Positions 47,901 to 59,517 of a stretch of DNA of 64,000 nt are shown here, piece by piece. Source of the stretch: Macrostomum lignano (Eukaryota); the NCBI GenBank assembly GCA_002269645.1, contig NIVC01002364.1, positions 95,813 to 159,812 of the forward strand, given 5' to 3'. How positions within the stretch are numbered: the first letter of the stretch is position 1; the number at the start of each line of letters is the position of its first letter. Position numbers and translations under genes: made by a program. The notes below the pieces were generated by a model that saw only the letters and a list, made by a program, of their open reading frames with translations, did no database searches and had not been told where the DNA came from.

Positions 47901-50900
47901 TCTGCCAGTCTGTTTCCAATTTGCCAGTCTGTTTCCAATCTGCCAGTCTGTTTCCAATTTGCCAGTCTGTTTTCAATTTGCCAGTCTGTTTCCAGTCTGC
48001 CAGTCTGTTTTCAATTTGCCAGTCTGTTTTCAATTTGCCAGTCTGTTTTCAATTTGCCAGTCTGTTTCCGTATTATCTTATCAAAGTCAAATTTAAATTC
48101 TTAAAACGTTTTTTCAGCATTTCTACACGTATTTCTATTAAGCTGCGTCCTGTCAACCAGTTTAAAATCTGTTCTCTGGTTCAAGGCCTTCCACCTGATG
48201 TGCCTGGCGGTGTCTCTACTGTTTATTAATAAAATTCTCAACATCCACGAATTGATTTTGACAGCGTGGCAAATGCCAATATTTTTCTTTCAGGCTATCA
48301 GGTATAAACACTTGATTACCTGTTGATTTTAGAGTGCACTAGTGAGTGATACCTGTTGATTAGAGTGCACTAGTGAGTGATACCTGTTGATTAGAATGCA
48401 CTAGTGAGTGATACCTGTTGATTAGAGTGCACTAGTGAGTGATACCTGTTGATTTTAGAGTGCACTAGTGAGTGATACCTGTTGATTTTAGAGTGCACTA
48501 GTGAGTGATACCTGTTGATTAGAGTGCAGTAGTGAGTGATACCTGTTGATTTTAGAGTGCAGTAGTGAGTGATACCTGTTGATTAGAGTGCACTAGTGAG
48601 TGATACCTGTTGATTAGAATGCACTAGTGAGTGATACCTGTTGATTTTAGAGTGCACTAGTGAGTGATACCTGTTGATTTTAGAGTGCACTAGTGAGTGA
48701 TACCTGTTGATTAGAGTGCACTAGTGAGTGATACCTGTTGATTTTAGAGTGCACTAGTGAGTGATACCTGTTGATTTTAGAGTGCAGTAGTGAGTGATAC
48801 CTGTTGATTAGAGTGCACTAGTGAGTGATACCTGTTGATTAGAGTGCAGTAGTGAGTGATACCTGTTGATTAGAGTGCAGTAGTGAGTGATACCTGTTGA
48901 TTTTAGAGTGCACTAGTGAGTGATACCTGTTGATTAGAGTGCAGTAGTGAGTGATACCTGTTTATTTTAGAGTGCACTAGTGAGTGATACCTGTTGATTA
49001 GAGTGCACTAGTGAGTGATACCTGTTTATTTTAGAGTGCACTAGTGAGTGATACCTGTTGATTAGAGTGCACTAGTGAGTGATACCTGTTGATTTTAGAG
49101 TGCACTAGTGAGTGATACCTGTTGATTAGAGTGCAGTAGTGAGTGATACCTGTTGATTTTAGAGTGCACTAGTGAGTGATACCTGTTGATTAGAGGTGCA
49201 CTAGTGAGTGATACCTGTTGATTAGAGTGCACTAGTGAGTGATACCTGCTGATTAGAGTGTACGGTAGATTGTGACACCTGTTAATCGACTAATTCCAAT
49301 CTAAAAGAATCAAACTAACACGCAGATCTGTGGAAGTGTTCAACAGGACTTCAGAGGATCTAGAATCAGTATTAAAAAAATATGACAGCCTCAGAGAATC
49401 AAATTGGTTTTTTACTAACATCTTGCACGTGGCGTACATACTGACCGTCAGTCTGCTATTGAGGCTGGTTAACTTTCAAAAGCATCTTAATCTGCTTCAG
49501 GTGCTGTTTAGGTAAGTCTAAAAAAGGTTCCTAAATTGTATACAGAAAAATGGAAAATAATCACCTAAAACATTTTTTTCGAGAATAACACTATTTTAGA
49601 AATCTTTAATAAGACGGGCAGAACAGCTGAGCAGAGTGTACATCCCTGACTGATTAGAAAGTCGGGGTCGCTGTACACCCAGTGTGAGCTGTGTGGATGA
49701 GTGCGTGCCCTGCGTACAGCATTGGCTCTTGTCTGTGCTCAGGGAGTCAGAGAAATGAATTTCTTTTACAAAGAGCAACTACAAAAAACCGTCAACAATG
49801 CAGATACAACTTCCTGATGGACCCTGTTGAGTCTATCCTATTCCTTGTGGCTGTCTGCCAGCTACCGCCGCTAACCAGCATTCTCATTCTGCGACCGCAG
49901 CTGTCGAAACTCACTGAATCAGAGATGCAAAGCCTGCTGCTAATCGGATCTGTGCAGTGCCTTCTCACCAGTGCCAGGCCCTATCACCTGGCGCATAAGG
50001 ATTTTGTGCTGGGTTCTAGGATCATTTGCACGCTAGGTTTGGCTTTTTTCATTTTTAATAAACATTCTCCCTCGCTGAAGAATTACCCTAATCTCACAGG
50101 AATTCACCCCTAGCAGAACTTCCCCGCGGAATTCTCTTCGAAAGCATTCCCTCGCATGGATTTCCTTCAGTAAGATTCCCCATACAGGGAATCCCCTCAA
50201 AGAGATTCTCCTCAGAGGGATTCCCCTCAAAGAGGGATTCCCCTCAAAGAGGGATTTCCCTCACAGGGATTCCCCTCAAAGGAACTCACCTCATAGGGAT
50301 TCCTCTCAAATGGATTCCCCTCACAGGGATTCCTCTCAAATGGATTCCTTCAAAGGGATTCTCCGCACAGGGATTACCCTCACAGGGATTCTCCACAAAA
50401 TTCCCAAATTGATTCTCATTGCAGGGATTTCCCCACAGAAATTCCCCTCACAGGGATTCCCCTCATAGAGATTCCCCTCAAAGGGATTCTCCACAAAGAT
50501 TCCCTAAAGTGATTCTCATTGCAGGGATTCCCCTTCGCAGAGATTCCACTAACAGGGGTTCCCATCACACGGGGAATGAGCATGTCCCTGCGTTCATCAG
50601 GCTGCTAAATTCAAAACTATATTTTGTTTATCCCTAATCCCCCGGCTTCTAGGTCCCCTAGCAACTGTGTGCGCCACATTCGTGTCCAGTATAGTTTACC
50701 CTAGCAACAGCGACCAGAAGTCAGTCCTGCTGCAGCATAGTCAAGCGATAGTAACTCGCAATCAGTCCCTATCGCGCGGTCTCCGACGCCTGTTGGTGAA
50801 CAAAACTAGGATGGTCTGTCGCCTGCTGCTGCTGCTCATTGTGTCCCACTGCATCTTGGATCGGTGCGCTTATTATTTTCAAGTGATATTCAGCCTTACG

Positions 50901-52115
50901 TTGCATAAGTGAGTAACATTTTCCGTGAATTGAGCTCGATGTGGTTCAGAGCGTTGCTATTGGCAACTCCACAGTGAAATTATTTCATATCAATGTTATT
51001 TTACGAAACAAAGGTTTATATTAAATTAGCACCGGCTTTTACATAAGCAACATTAATTACATTAGTAACATTTTAATTACATTAGCAACAACAGGTTACT
51101 TAGCAACATTAATTACATTAGCAACAACAGGTTACTTAGCAACATTAATTACATTAGCAACAACAGGTTACTTAGCAACATTAATTACATTAGCAACAAC
51201 AGGCTACTCAGCAACAACAGGTTACTCAGCAACGACGAGTTACTTAGCAACAACAGGTTACTTAGCAACGACAGGTTACTTAGCAACGACAGGTTACTTA
51301 GCAACGACGAGTTACTTAGCAACGACGAGTTACTTAGCAACGACGAGTTACTTAGCAACGACAGGTTACTTAGCAACGACGAGTTACTTAGCAACGACAG
51401 GTTACTTAGCAACGACGAGTTACTTAGCAACGACGAGTTACTTAGCAACGACAGGTTACTTAGCAACGACGAGTTACTTAGCAACGACAGGTTACTTAGC
51501 AACGACGAGTTACTTAGCAACGACAGGTTACTTAGCAACGACGAGTTACTTAGCAACGACAGGTTACTTAGCAACAACAACGTCAGTCCAATTCGCTTCC
51601 AATTTTGCAGCAGCTTGATTTCGCTGCAAGAAGCCGCTCTAACCATCGGAAGAATGATCCTGATCAGCACCGGAAGTTACATGCGCAGTGCCGGAAACTT
51701 CTACGAAAGTCTTCTAACTGGCAGATTAGCGGTAGACGACGTCCTTAGCCAGGAGCTGCTCCTACACGACGTGTATCCGCTGCTGCTCAGCTCGCCGACA
51801 AGTTTCATTCAAGGAGCCAAATCTTGCAATGCCTGGTGGAAGATTAAACTGAGTTTACAGCGAATGTTCGAATTTAGAATAGCACCGCTGCTCAGTACAA
51901 AACTGTCGCACACGGTGTTTCTACTGCTGCTGCGAGTCATCCAGAATGGCCGACAAGAGATGCTGGTCTTTGTCTGCCTACTGATGGTGAACCTGCGGCG
52001 TAGGGAACGCTTGAACTTGCTGATGTCTCTGCCGAAGCTGGCGCTGTGCCACGTGGCTGTACTGGTGCTGGTGCTTGTTATTGTCAACTTCGTCACTTCC
52101 GTGGAGATGTTCTAA
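41966..52115 (+). CDS. Orphan polytopic membrane protein, ~723 aa, 8 exons (41966-42137, 43457-43915, 47308-47484, 48118-48301, 49326-49511, 49804-50036, 50653-50908, 51611-52115)
   Basis: Seven GT-AG introns with matching phases (1,1,1,2,2,1,2) give a 2172-nt uninterrupted frame containing roughly 10-12 hydrophobic segments. Family not recognised. Confidence 0.72.
42283..42458 (+). mobile_element. 5'-truncated copy of the same SINE with poly-A tail
   Basis: Matches the SINE body (GCTGTACACTCCTGTGTGAG...AATGCCTCTCGCCGGTTGTG...CCCCTGCC) and ends in TAATAAAAAAAA. Confidence 0.75.
42950..43440. repeat. ~160-bp degenerate tandem repeat, ~3 copies
   Basis: Recurrent TAGCTGCTAAAAATAGCTA...GGTAAATCCGACAATT(C/T)AGTGAGAA. 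Confidence 0.8.
43960..47206. repeat. 29-bp intronic minisatellite, ~110 copies
   Basis: Unit CCTTCAGGTGGCGCCATTCTTTATTGA(A/G)T. Confidence 0.97.
47497..48070. repeat. 19-bp intronic minisatellite
   Basis: Unit GCCAGTCTGTTTCCAATCT. Confidence 0.95.
48320..49260. repeat. 31/33-bp intronic minisatellite
   Basis: Unit GATACCTGTTGATT(TT)AGAGTGCACTAGTGAGT. Confidence 0.95.
50100..50570. repeat. Degenerate GGGATTCCCC repeat cluster (intronic)
   Basis: Directly visible. Confidence 0.85.
51040..51580. repeat. 18-bp intronic minisatellite
   Basis: Unit GTTACTTAGCAACGAC(A/G)(G/A). Confidence 0.93.
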
Positions 52116-52212
52116 GCTTCCGCCTGTATGGACTGTTTTGTAACATTGAGTGACTTGTTACCGTCTAATTTTATTGGAGGGGGCCGCAATCCGTAGGATT
52201 TTTCTAATCTGA

Positions 52213-52352
52213 GGCTGTGTGCACCCTGGCGCACTTTAAGCGACATTGTCACACAACCGGCGAGAGGCATCACTGCCCATTCCGCAGACTCCCCTGAGCA
52301 GGCACACAAGCGCGCGGATACGTACGCAGTCATACGCACAGGCACACACACA
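52213..52352 (-). mobile_element. 3' fragment of the same SINE
   Basis: GTGTGCACCCTGGCGCACTTTAAGCGACA...CAAGCGCGCGGATACG is shared with 35766-35880. Shorter traces occur at ~42897-42942 and ~49670-49750. Confidence 0.7.
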
Positions 52353-53230
52353 CAAACGTGCACGAGGCACTTATTGGCCAAGTGTGCAAAAGCTTGCACA
52401 TATTGGGACTGCTCCGACACACGAAAAATCACACACACACACGTCCCCACACAGGCAATTTTCAACCCACCAAATCGATTTTTATTGACAACATGCTTTT
52501 GGCTTACTGAAAACAGTTGGAAAGCATTTTTCGAGGTGCATTGAACTCACAACAGATTGTACATGTATACTTGTCTAAAACAGAATTAAAAAACCCTGGT
52601 GTCTTGCTGAATTCCACTTAAGGCAATAATATCAGCGCGTCAAATTTCACCAGATAATTTCAGCGATCATAGATTATAGAAGACAGGATGGTAAATGGCA
52701 AGGGACTTTAAGGTTATCGAAAACAAACGACATTGACACATATCAAAAAAATTTTACGATCTGAATAAACAAAATTTGCTACATTTAGTGCCACTGGGAA
52801 AAAACAATTCTGTAGCGAAACTCCACTGTTCATAAAAATGTACTTTATTGATTATGACACAATCACTAGAATTACTCAAAAGGTACATGTCAGCTATTCG
52901 GACCCACAGAATGCTATGTAAAAGGATGCGGAAATGAACCACACTATAGCAGAAGCCAGCACACACTATAGTATAGGGCTGTCCCAACAATTCCACCATA
53001 GCCAGTGTGGATGGGGCTGTCCCAACAATTCCACCATAGCCAGTGTGGATGGGGCTGTCCCAACAATTCCAGCATAGCTTGAAAAAGAATATACACAAAT
53101 ACTATAAAAAGCAAATGCTAGAGCTCTACCGCGGTCATTGCACCGGGTTTTATTAGAAACAGACTGCAAAAAAATGCGTCCTCTGAATAATATTCCAGTG
53201 AAGCACACAACAGTTAATCGGCTTCTCGAT

Positions 53231-53451
53231 TCAGAAACTTAAAAAATAACCAGCTCCGCCAGAAAACTCATCAATTAACTGACTGCCGGCACGGATAGCG
53301 GCTGCTGCTGCTGCTGCTGCTGCTGCTGCGGCTTGTGAGCAGCAAGTGAACCAAATGACGGATGCAGCGGCGAGATCAGAATGCTCGCTGCTGATCGTTA
53401 AAGCGCATTCTTGTCTCTTAGGCATGTCGCTGGCGTTGCTGACTTCAGAAG
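53231..53451 (-). CDS. Putative terminal exon of the gene hosting the exon array
   Basis: Same acceptor (tttcttttcctcgcag) as the array units, but a diverged 3' end (SQLIDEFSGGAGYFLSF-stop). An AATAAA lies on the minus strand at 53153-53148. Confidence 0.5.
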
Positions 53452-53938
53452 CTGCGAGGAAAAGAAATCAATTAAGATAGGCTTGCTTTAGTAATCATTA
53501 ATAGGCTATAAAGGAACCCTTTAATAGAACGTGTTCAACTAATGCTGGGTCTGTTTTGAAAAGTCAGAACTCAGAAGTAGTCGCGATTAGAATCAGTATT
53601 GTCCCAATAAGTGCGACCCAACAAATGCTGTTCAAAAAATAGGCCTGGCTGCAATGTCCCAATAAATGCCCAACAAATTACTAGCCTTGAGCTAGGCTGG
53701 GCTGTGTTTACTATTCATTGCGTTTGTAGCTTGTGTCCCAACAATGCCACTGAGATTGTTGCATTGCTTTTGAATTGTGCTCTACCAGGTAACACAAGTA
53801 CTCTGGTGTACAATACTTCTACAGCAGATAATACTCACCCAAAACAGATCGTCTCTTTCTCTTTAATCCTGTGCCAGACGGGTTTTCTTCAGATCCACCA
53901 GAAAATTCACAAATAGACTGACTGCCTGCACGGATAGC

Positions 53939-53971
<33 letters not shown>

Positions 53972-54582
53972 GGCTTGTGAGCAGCAAGGGAACCAAATGA
54001 CGGATGCAGCGGCGAGATCAGAATGCTCGCTGCTGATCGTTAAAGCGCATTCTTGTCTCTTAGGCATGTCGCTGGCGTTGCTGACTTCAGAAGCTGCGAG
54101 GAAAAGAAATCAATTAAGATAGGCTTGCTTTAGTAATCATTAATAGGCTATAAAGGAACCCTTTAATAGAACGTGTTCAACTAATGCTGGGTCTGTTTTG
54201 AAAAGTCAGAACTCAGAAGTAGTCGCGATTAGAATCAGTATTGTCCCAATAAGTGCGACCCAACAAATGCTGTTCAAAAAATAGGCCTGGCTGCAATGTC
54301 CCAATAAATGCCCAACAAATTACTAGCCTTGAGCTAGGCTGGGCTGTGTTTACTATTCTTTGCGTTTGTATAGCTTGTGTCCCAACAATGCCACTGAGAT
54401 TGTTGCATTGCTTTTGAATTGTGCTCTACCAGGTAACACAAGTACTCTGGTGTACAATACTTCTACAGCAGATAATACTCACCCAAAACAGATCGTCTCT
54501 TTCTCTTTAATCCTGTGCCAGACGGGTTATCTTCAGATCCACCAGAAAATTCACAAATAGACTGACTGCCTGCACGGATAGC

Positions 54583-54618
<36 letters not shown>

Positions 54619-55244
54619 GGCTTGTGAGCAGCAAGTGAACCAAATGACGGATGCAGCGGCGAGATCAGAATGCTCGCTGCTGATCGTTAAAGCGCATTCT
54701 TGTCTCTTAGGCATGTCGCTGGCGTTGCTGACTTCAGAAGCTGCGAGGAAAAGAAATCAATTAAGATAGGCTTGCTTTAGTAATCATTAATAGGCTATAA
54801 AGGAACCCTTTAATAGAACGTGTTCAACTAATGCTGGGTCTGTTTTGAAAAGTCAGAACTCAGAAGTAGTCGCGATTAGAATCAGTATTGTCCCAATAAG
54901 TGCGACCCAACAAATGCTGTTCAAAAAATAGGCCTGGCTGCAATGTCCCAATAAATGCCCAACAAATTACTAGCCTTGAGCTAGGCTGGGCTGTGTTTAC
55001 TATTCTTTGCGTTTGTATAGCTTGTGTCCCAACAATGCCACTGAGATTGTTGCATTGCTTTTGAATTGTGCTCTACCAGGTAACACAAGTACTCTGGTGT
55101 ACAATACTTCTACAGCAGATAATACTCACCCAAAACAGATCGTCTCTTTCTCTTTAATCCTGTGCCAGACGGGTTATCTTCAGATCCACCAGAAAATTCA
55201 CAAATAGACTGACTGCCTGCACGGATAGCGGCTGCTGCTGCTGC

Positions 55245-55623
55245 TTTTCTTTCTTTCTTTCTTTTTCGGGTCACGGACATTGTAGCTAGACGTAGCTAAT
55301 AGGACCGGGGCGTAGCCCCATGCAGCCGGGGCGCTGACCCTGCGCGGGCGGGCAGTAGACGGCGGAATCCAATTTGCGGCCTGCGGCGGGTGGCCAGAGA
55401 GCGTGGGGACCCGAGTCCCGGTGCGCAGGGCTCCTCCGCAGACCGACTTACGCTGTAAAAACCGCCATCCACCGCCAACCCAACGTTGGGGGACAGCTCT
55501 CCCAGGCTGCATACCCGGAGGTGAGACCAATTCGTCACCCCGTCGATGGCAGGGACGCACGGAGCTCCTGCCACATTGGCGGGGTGTCCAGGGGCGCGAC
55601 GTGGACGCTGGTCTCGTGCCACC

Positions 55624-55624
<1 letters not shown>
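55245..55624 (-). mobile_element. 380-bp non-autonomous retroposon (SINE/SIDE-like) with a 5' ribozyme and 3' (GAAA)n tail, inserted in a (CAG)n tract
   Basis: Present in only one array unit and absent from the others. It is GC-rich, splits the CTG run, and has the tail GAAAAAGAAAGAAAGAAAGAAAA on the minus strand. The two flanking tracts together are longer than any intact tract, consistent with a target-site duplication. Confidence 0.85.
55523..55624 (-). ncRNA. HDV/CPEB3-like self-cleaving ribozyme (predicted nested double pseudoknot)
   Basis: GGGUGGC-AC-GAGACCA-GCG-UCCACGU-CGC-GCCCCU-GG-A-CACCCCG...CGGGGUG-ACGAAU-UGGUCUC. P2 (7 bp), P3 (3 bp), L3 UCCACGU, P1.1 CC/GG, P4 and the J4/2 C-G-A-A are all in the canonical order. 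P1 needs a bulged U. Confidence 0.85.
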
Positions 55625-55656
<32 letters not shown>

Positions 55657-56265
55657 GGCTTGTGAGCAGCAAGTGAACCAAATGACGGATGCAGCGGCGA
55701 GATCAGAATGCTCGCTGCTGATCGTTAAAGCGCATTCTTGTCTCTTAGGCATGTCGCTGGCGTTGCTGACTTCAGAAGCTGCGAGGAAAAGAAATCAATT
55801 AAGATAGGCTTGCTTTAGTAATCATTAATAGGCTATAAAGGAACCCTTTAATAGAACGTGTTCAACTAATGCTGGGTCTGTTTTGAAAAGTCAGAACTCA
55901 GAAGTAGTCGCGATTAGAATCAGTATTGTCCCAATAAGTGCGACCCAACAAATGCTGTTCAAAAAATAGGCCTGGCTGCAATGTCCCAATAAATGCCCAA
56001 CAAATTACTAGCCTTGAGCTAGGCTGGGCTGTGTTTACTATTCATTGCGTTTGTAGCTTGTGTCCCAACAATGCCACTGAGATTGTTGCATTGCTTTTGA
56101 ATTGTGCTCTACCAGGTAACACAAGTACTCTGGTGTACAATACTTCTACAGCAGATAATACTCACCCAAAACAGATCGTCTCTTTCTCTTTAATCCTGTG
56201 CCAGACGGGTTTTCTTCAGATCCACCAGAAAATTCACAAATAGACTGACTGCCTGCACGGATAGC

Positions 56266-56301
<36 letters not shown>

Positions 56302-56910
56302 GGCTTGTGAGCAGCAAGTGAACCAAATGACGGATGCAGCGGCGAGATCAGAATGCTCGCTGCTGATCGTTAAAGCGCATTCTTGTCTCTTAGGCATGTC
56401 GCTGGCGTTGCTGACTTCAGAAGCTGCGAGGAAAAGAAATCAATTAAGATAGGCTTGCTTTAGTAATCATTAATAGGCTATAAAGGAACCCTTTAATAGA
56501 ACGTGTTCAACTAATGCTGGGTCTGTTTTGAAAAGTCAGAACTCAGAAGTAGTCGCGATTAGAATCAGTATTGTCCCAATAAGTGCGACCCAACAAATGC
56601 TGTTCAAAAAATAGGCCTGGCTGCAATGTCCCAATAAATGCCCAACAAATTACTAGCCTTGAGCTAGGCTGGGCTGTGTTTACTATTCTTTGCGTTTGTA
56701 GCTTGTGTCCCAACAATGCCACTGAGATTGTTGCATTGCTTTTGAATTGTGCTCTACCAGGTAACACAAGTACTCTGGTGTACAATACTTCTACAGCAGA
56801 TAATACTCACCCAAAACAGATCGTCTCTTTCTCTTTAATCCTGTGCCAGACGGGTTTTCTTCAGATCCACCAGAAAATTCACAAATAGACTGACTGCCTG
56901 CACGGATAGC

Positions 56911-56943
<33 letters not shown>

Positions 56944-57551
56944 GGCTTGTGAGCAGCAAGTGAACCAAATGACGGATGCAGCGGCGAGATCAGAATGCTC
57001 GCTGCTGATCGTTAAAGCGCATTCTTGTCTCTTAGGCATGTCGCTGGCGTTGCTGACTTCAGAAGCTGCGAGGAAAAGAAATCAATTAAGATAGGCTTGC
57101 TTTAGTAATCATTAATAGGCTATAAAGGAACCCTTTAATAGAACGTGTTCAACTAATGCTGGGTCTGTTTTGAAAAGTCAGAACTCAGAAGTAGTCGCGA
57201 TTAGAATCAGTATTGTCCCAATAAGTGCGACCCAACAAATGCTGTTCAAAAAATAGGCCTGGCTGCAATGTCCCAATAAATGCCCAACAAATTACTAGCC
57301 TTGAGCTAGGCTGGGCTGTGTTTACTATTCTTGCGTTTGTAGCTTGTGTCCCAACAATGCCACTGAGATTGTTGCATTGCTTTTGAATTGTGCTCTACCA
57401 GGTAACACAAGTACTCTGGTGTACAATACTTCTACAGCAGATAATACTCACCCAAAACAGATCGTCTCTTTCTCTTTAATCCTGTGCCAGACGGGTTTTC
57501 TTCAGATCCACCAGAAAATTCACAAATAGACTGACTGCCTGCACGGATAGC

Positions 57552-57584
<33 letters not shown>

Positions 57585-58193
57585 GGCTTGTGAGCAGCAA
57601 GTGAACCAAATGACGGATGCAGCGGCGAGATCAGAATGCTCGCTGCTGATCGTTAAAGCGCATTCTTGTCTCTTAGGCATGTCGCTGGCGTTGCTGACTT
57701 CAGAAGCTGCGAGGAAAAGAAATCAATTAAGATAGGCTTGCTTTAGTAATCATTAATAGGCTATAAAGGAACCCTTTAATAGAACGTGTTCAACTAATGC
57801 TGGGTCTGTTTTGAAAAGTCAGAACTCAGAAGTAGTCGCGATTAGAATCAGTATTGTCCCAATAAGTGCGACCCAACAAATGCTGTTCAAAAAATAGGCC
57901 TGGCTGCAATGTCCCAATAAATGCCCAACAAATTACTAGCCTTGAGCTAGGCTGGGCTGTGTTTACTATTCATTGCGTTTGTAGCTTGTGTCCCAACAAT
58001 GCCACTGAGATTGTTGCATTGCTTTTGAATTGTGCTCTACCAGGTAACACAAGTACTCTGGTGTACAATACTTCTACAGCAGATAATACTCACCCAAAAC
58101 AGATCGTCTCTTTCTCTTTAATCCTGTGCCAGACGGGTTTTCTTCAGATCCACCAGAAAATTCACAAATAGACTGACTGCCTGCACGGATAGC

Positions 58194-58226
<33 letters not shown>

Positions 58227-58836
58227 GGCTTGTGAGCAGCAAGTGAACCAAATGACGGATGCAGCGGCGAGATCAGAATGCTCGCTGCTGATCGTTAAAG
58301 CGCATTCTTGTCTCTTAGGCATGTCGCTGGCGTTGCTGACTTCAGAAGCTGCGAGGAAAAGAAATCAATTAAGATAGGCTTGCTTTAGTAATCATTAATA
58401 GGCTATAAAGGAACCCTTTAATAGAACGTGTTCAACTAATGCTGGGTCTGTTTTGAAAAGTCAGAACTCAGAAGTAGTCGCGATTAGAATCAGTATTGTC
58501 CCAATAAGTGCGACCCAACAAATGCTGTTCAAAAAATAGGCCTGGCTGCAATGTCCCAATAAATGCCCAACAAATTACTAGCCTTGAGCTAGGCTGGGCT
58601 GTGTTTACTATTCTTTGCGTTTGTATAGCTTGTGTCCCAACAATGCCACTGAGATTGTTGCATTGCTTTTGAATTGTGCTCTACCAGGTAACACAAGTAC
58701 TCTGGTGTACAATACTTCTACAGCAGATAATACTCACCCAAAACAGATCGTCTCTTTCTCTTTAATCCTGTGCCAGACGGGTTTCTTCAGATCCACCAGA
58801 AAATTCACAAATAGACTGACTGCCTGCACGGATAGC

Positions 58837-58872
<36 letters not shown>

Positions 58873-59481
58873 GGCTTGTGAGCAGCAAGTGAACCAAATG
58901 ACGGATGCAGCGGCGAGATCAGAATGCTCGCTGCTGATCGTTAAAGCGCATTCTTGTCTCTTAGGCATGTCGCTGGCGTTGCTGACTTCAGAAGCTGCGA
59001 GGAAAAGAAATCAATTAAGATAGGCTTGCTTTAGTAATCATTAATAGGCTATAAAGGAACCCTTTAATAGAACGTGTTCAACTAATGCTGGGTCTGTTTT
59101 GAAAAGTCAGAACTCAGAAGTAGTCGCGATTAGAATCAGTATTGTCCCAATAAGTGCGACCCAACAAATGCTGTTCAAAAAATAGGCCTGGCTGCAATGT
59201 CCCAATAAATGCCCAACAAATTACTAGCCTTGAGCTAGGCTGGGCTGTGTTTACTATTCATTGCGTTTGTAGCTTGTGTCCCAACAATGCCACTGAGATT
59301 GTTGCATTGCTTTTGAATTGTGCTCTACCAGGTAACACAAGTACTCTGGTGTACAATACTTCTACAGCAGATAATACTCACCCAAAACAGATCGTCTCTT
59401 TCTCTTTAATCCTGTGCCAGACGGGTTTTCTTCAGATCCACCAGAAAATTCACAAATAGACTGACTGCCTGCACGGATAGC

Positions 59482-59517
<36 letters not shown>

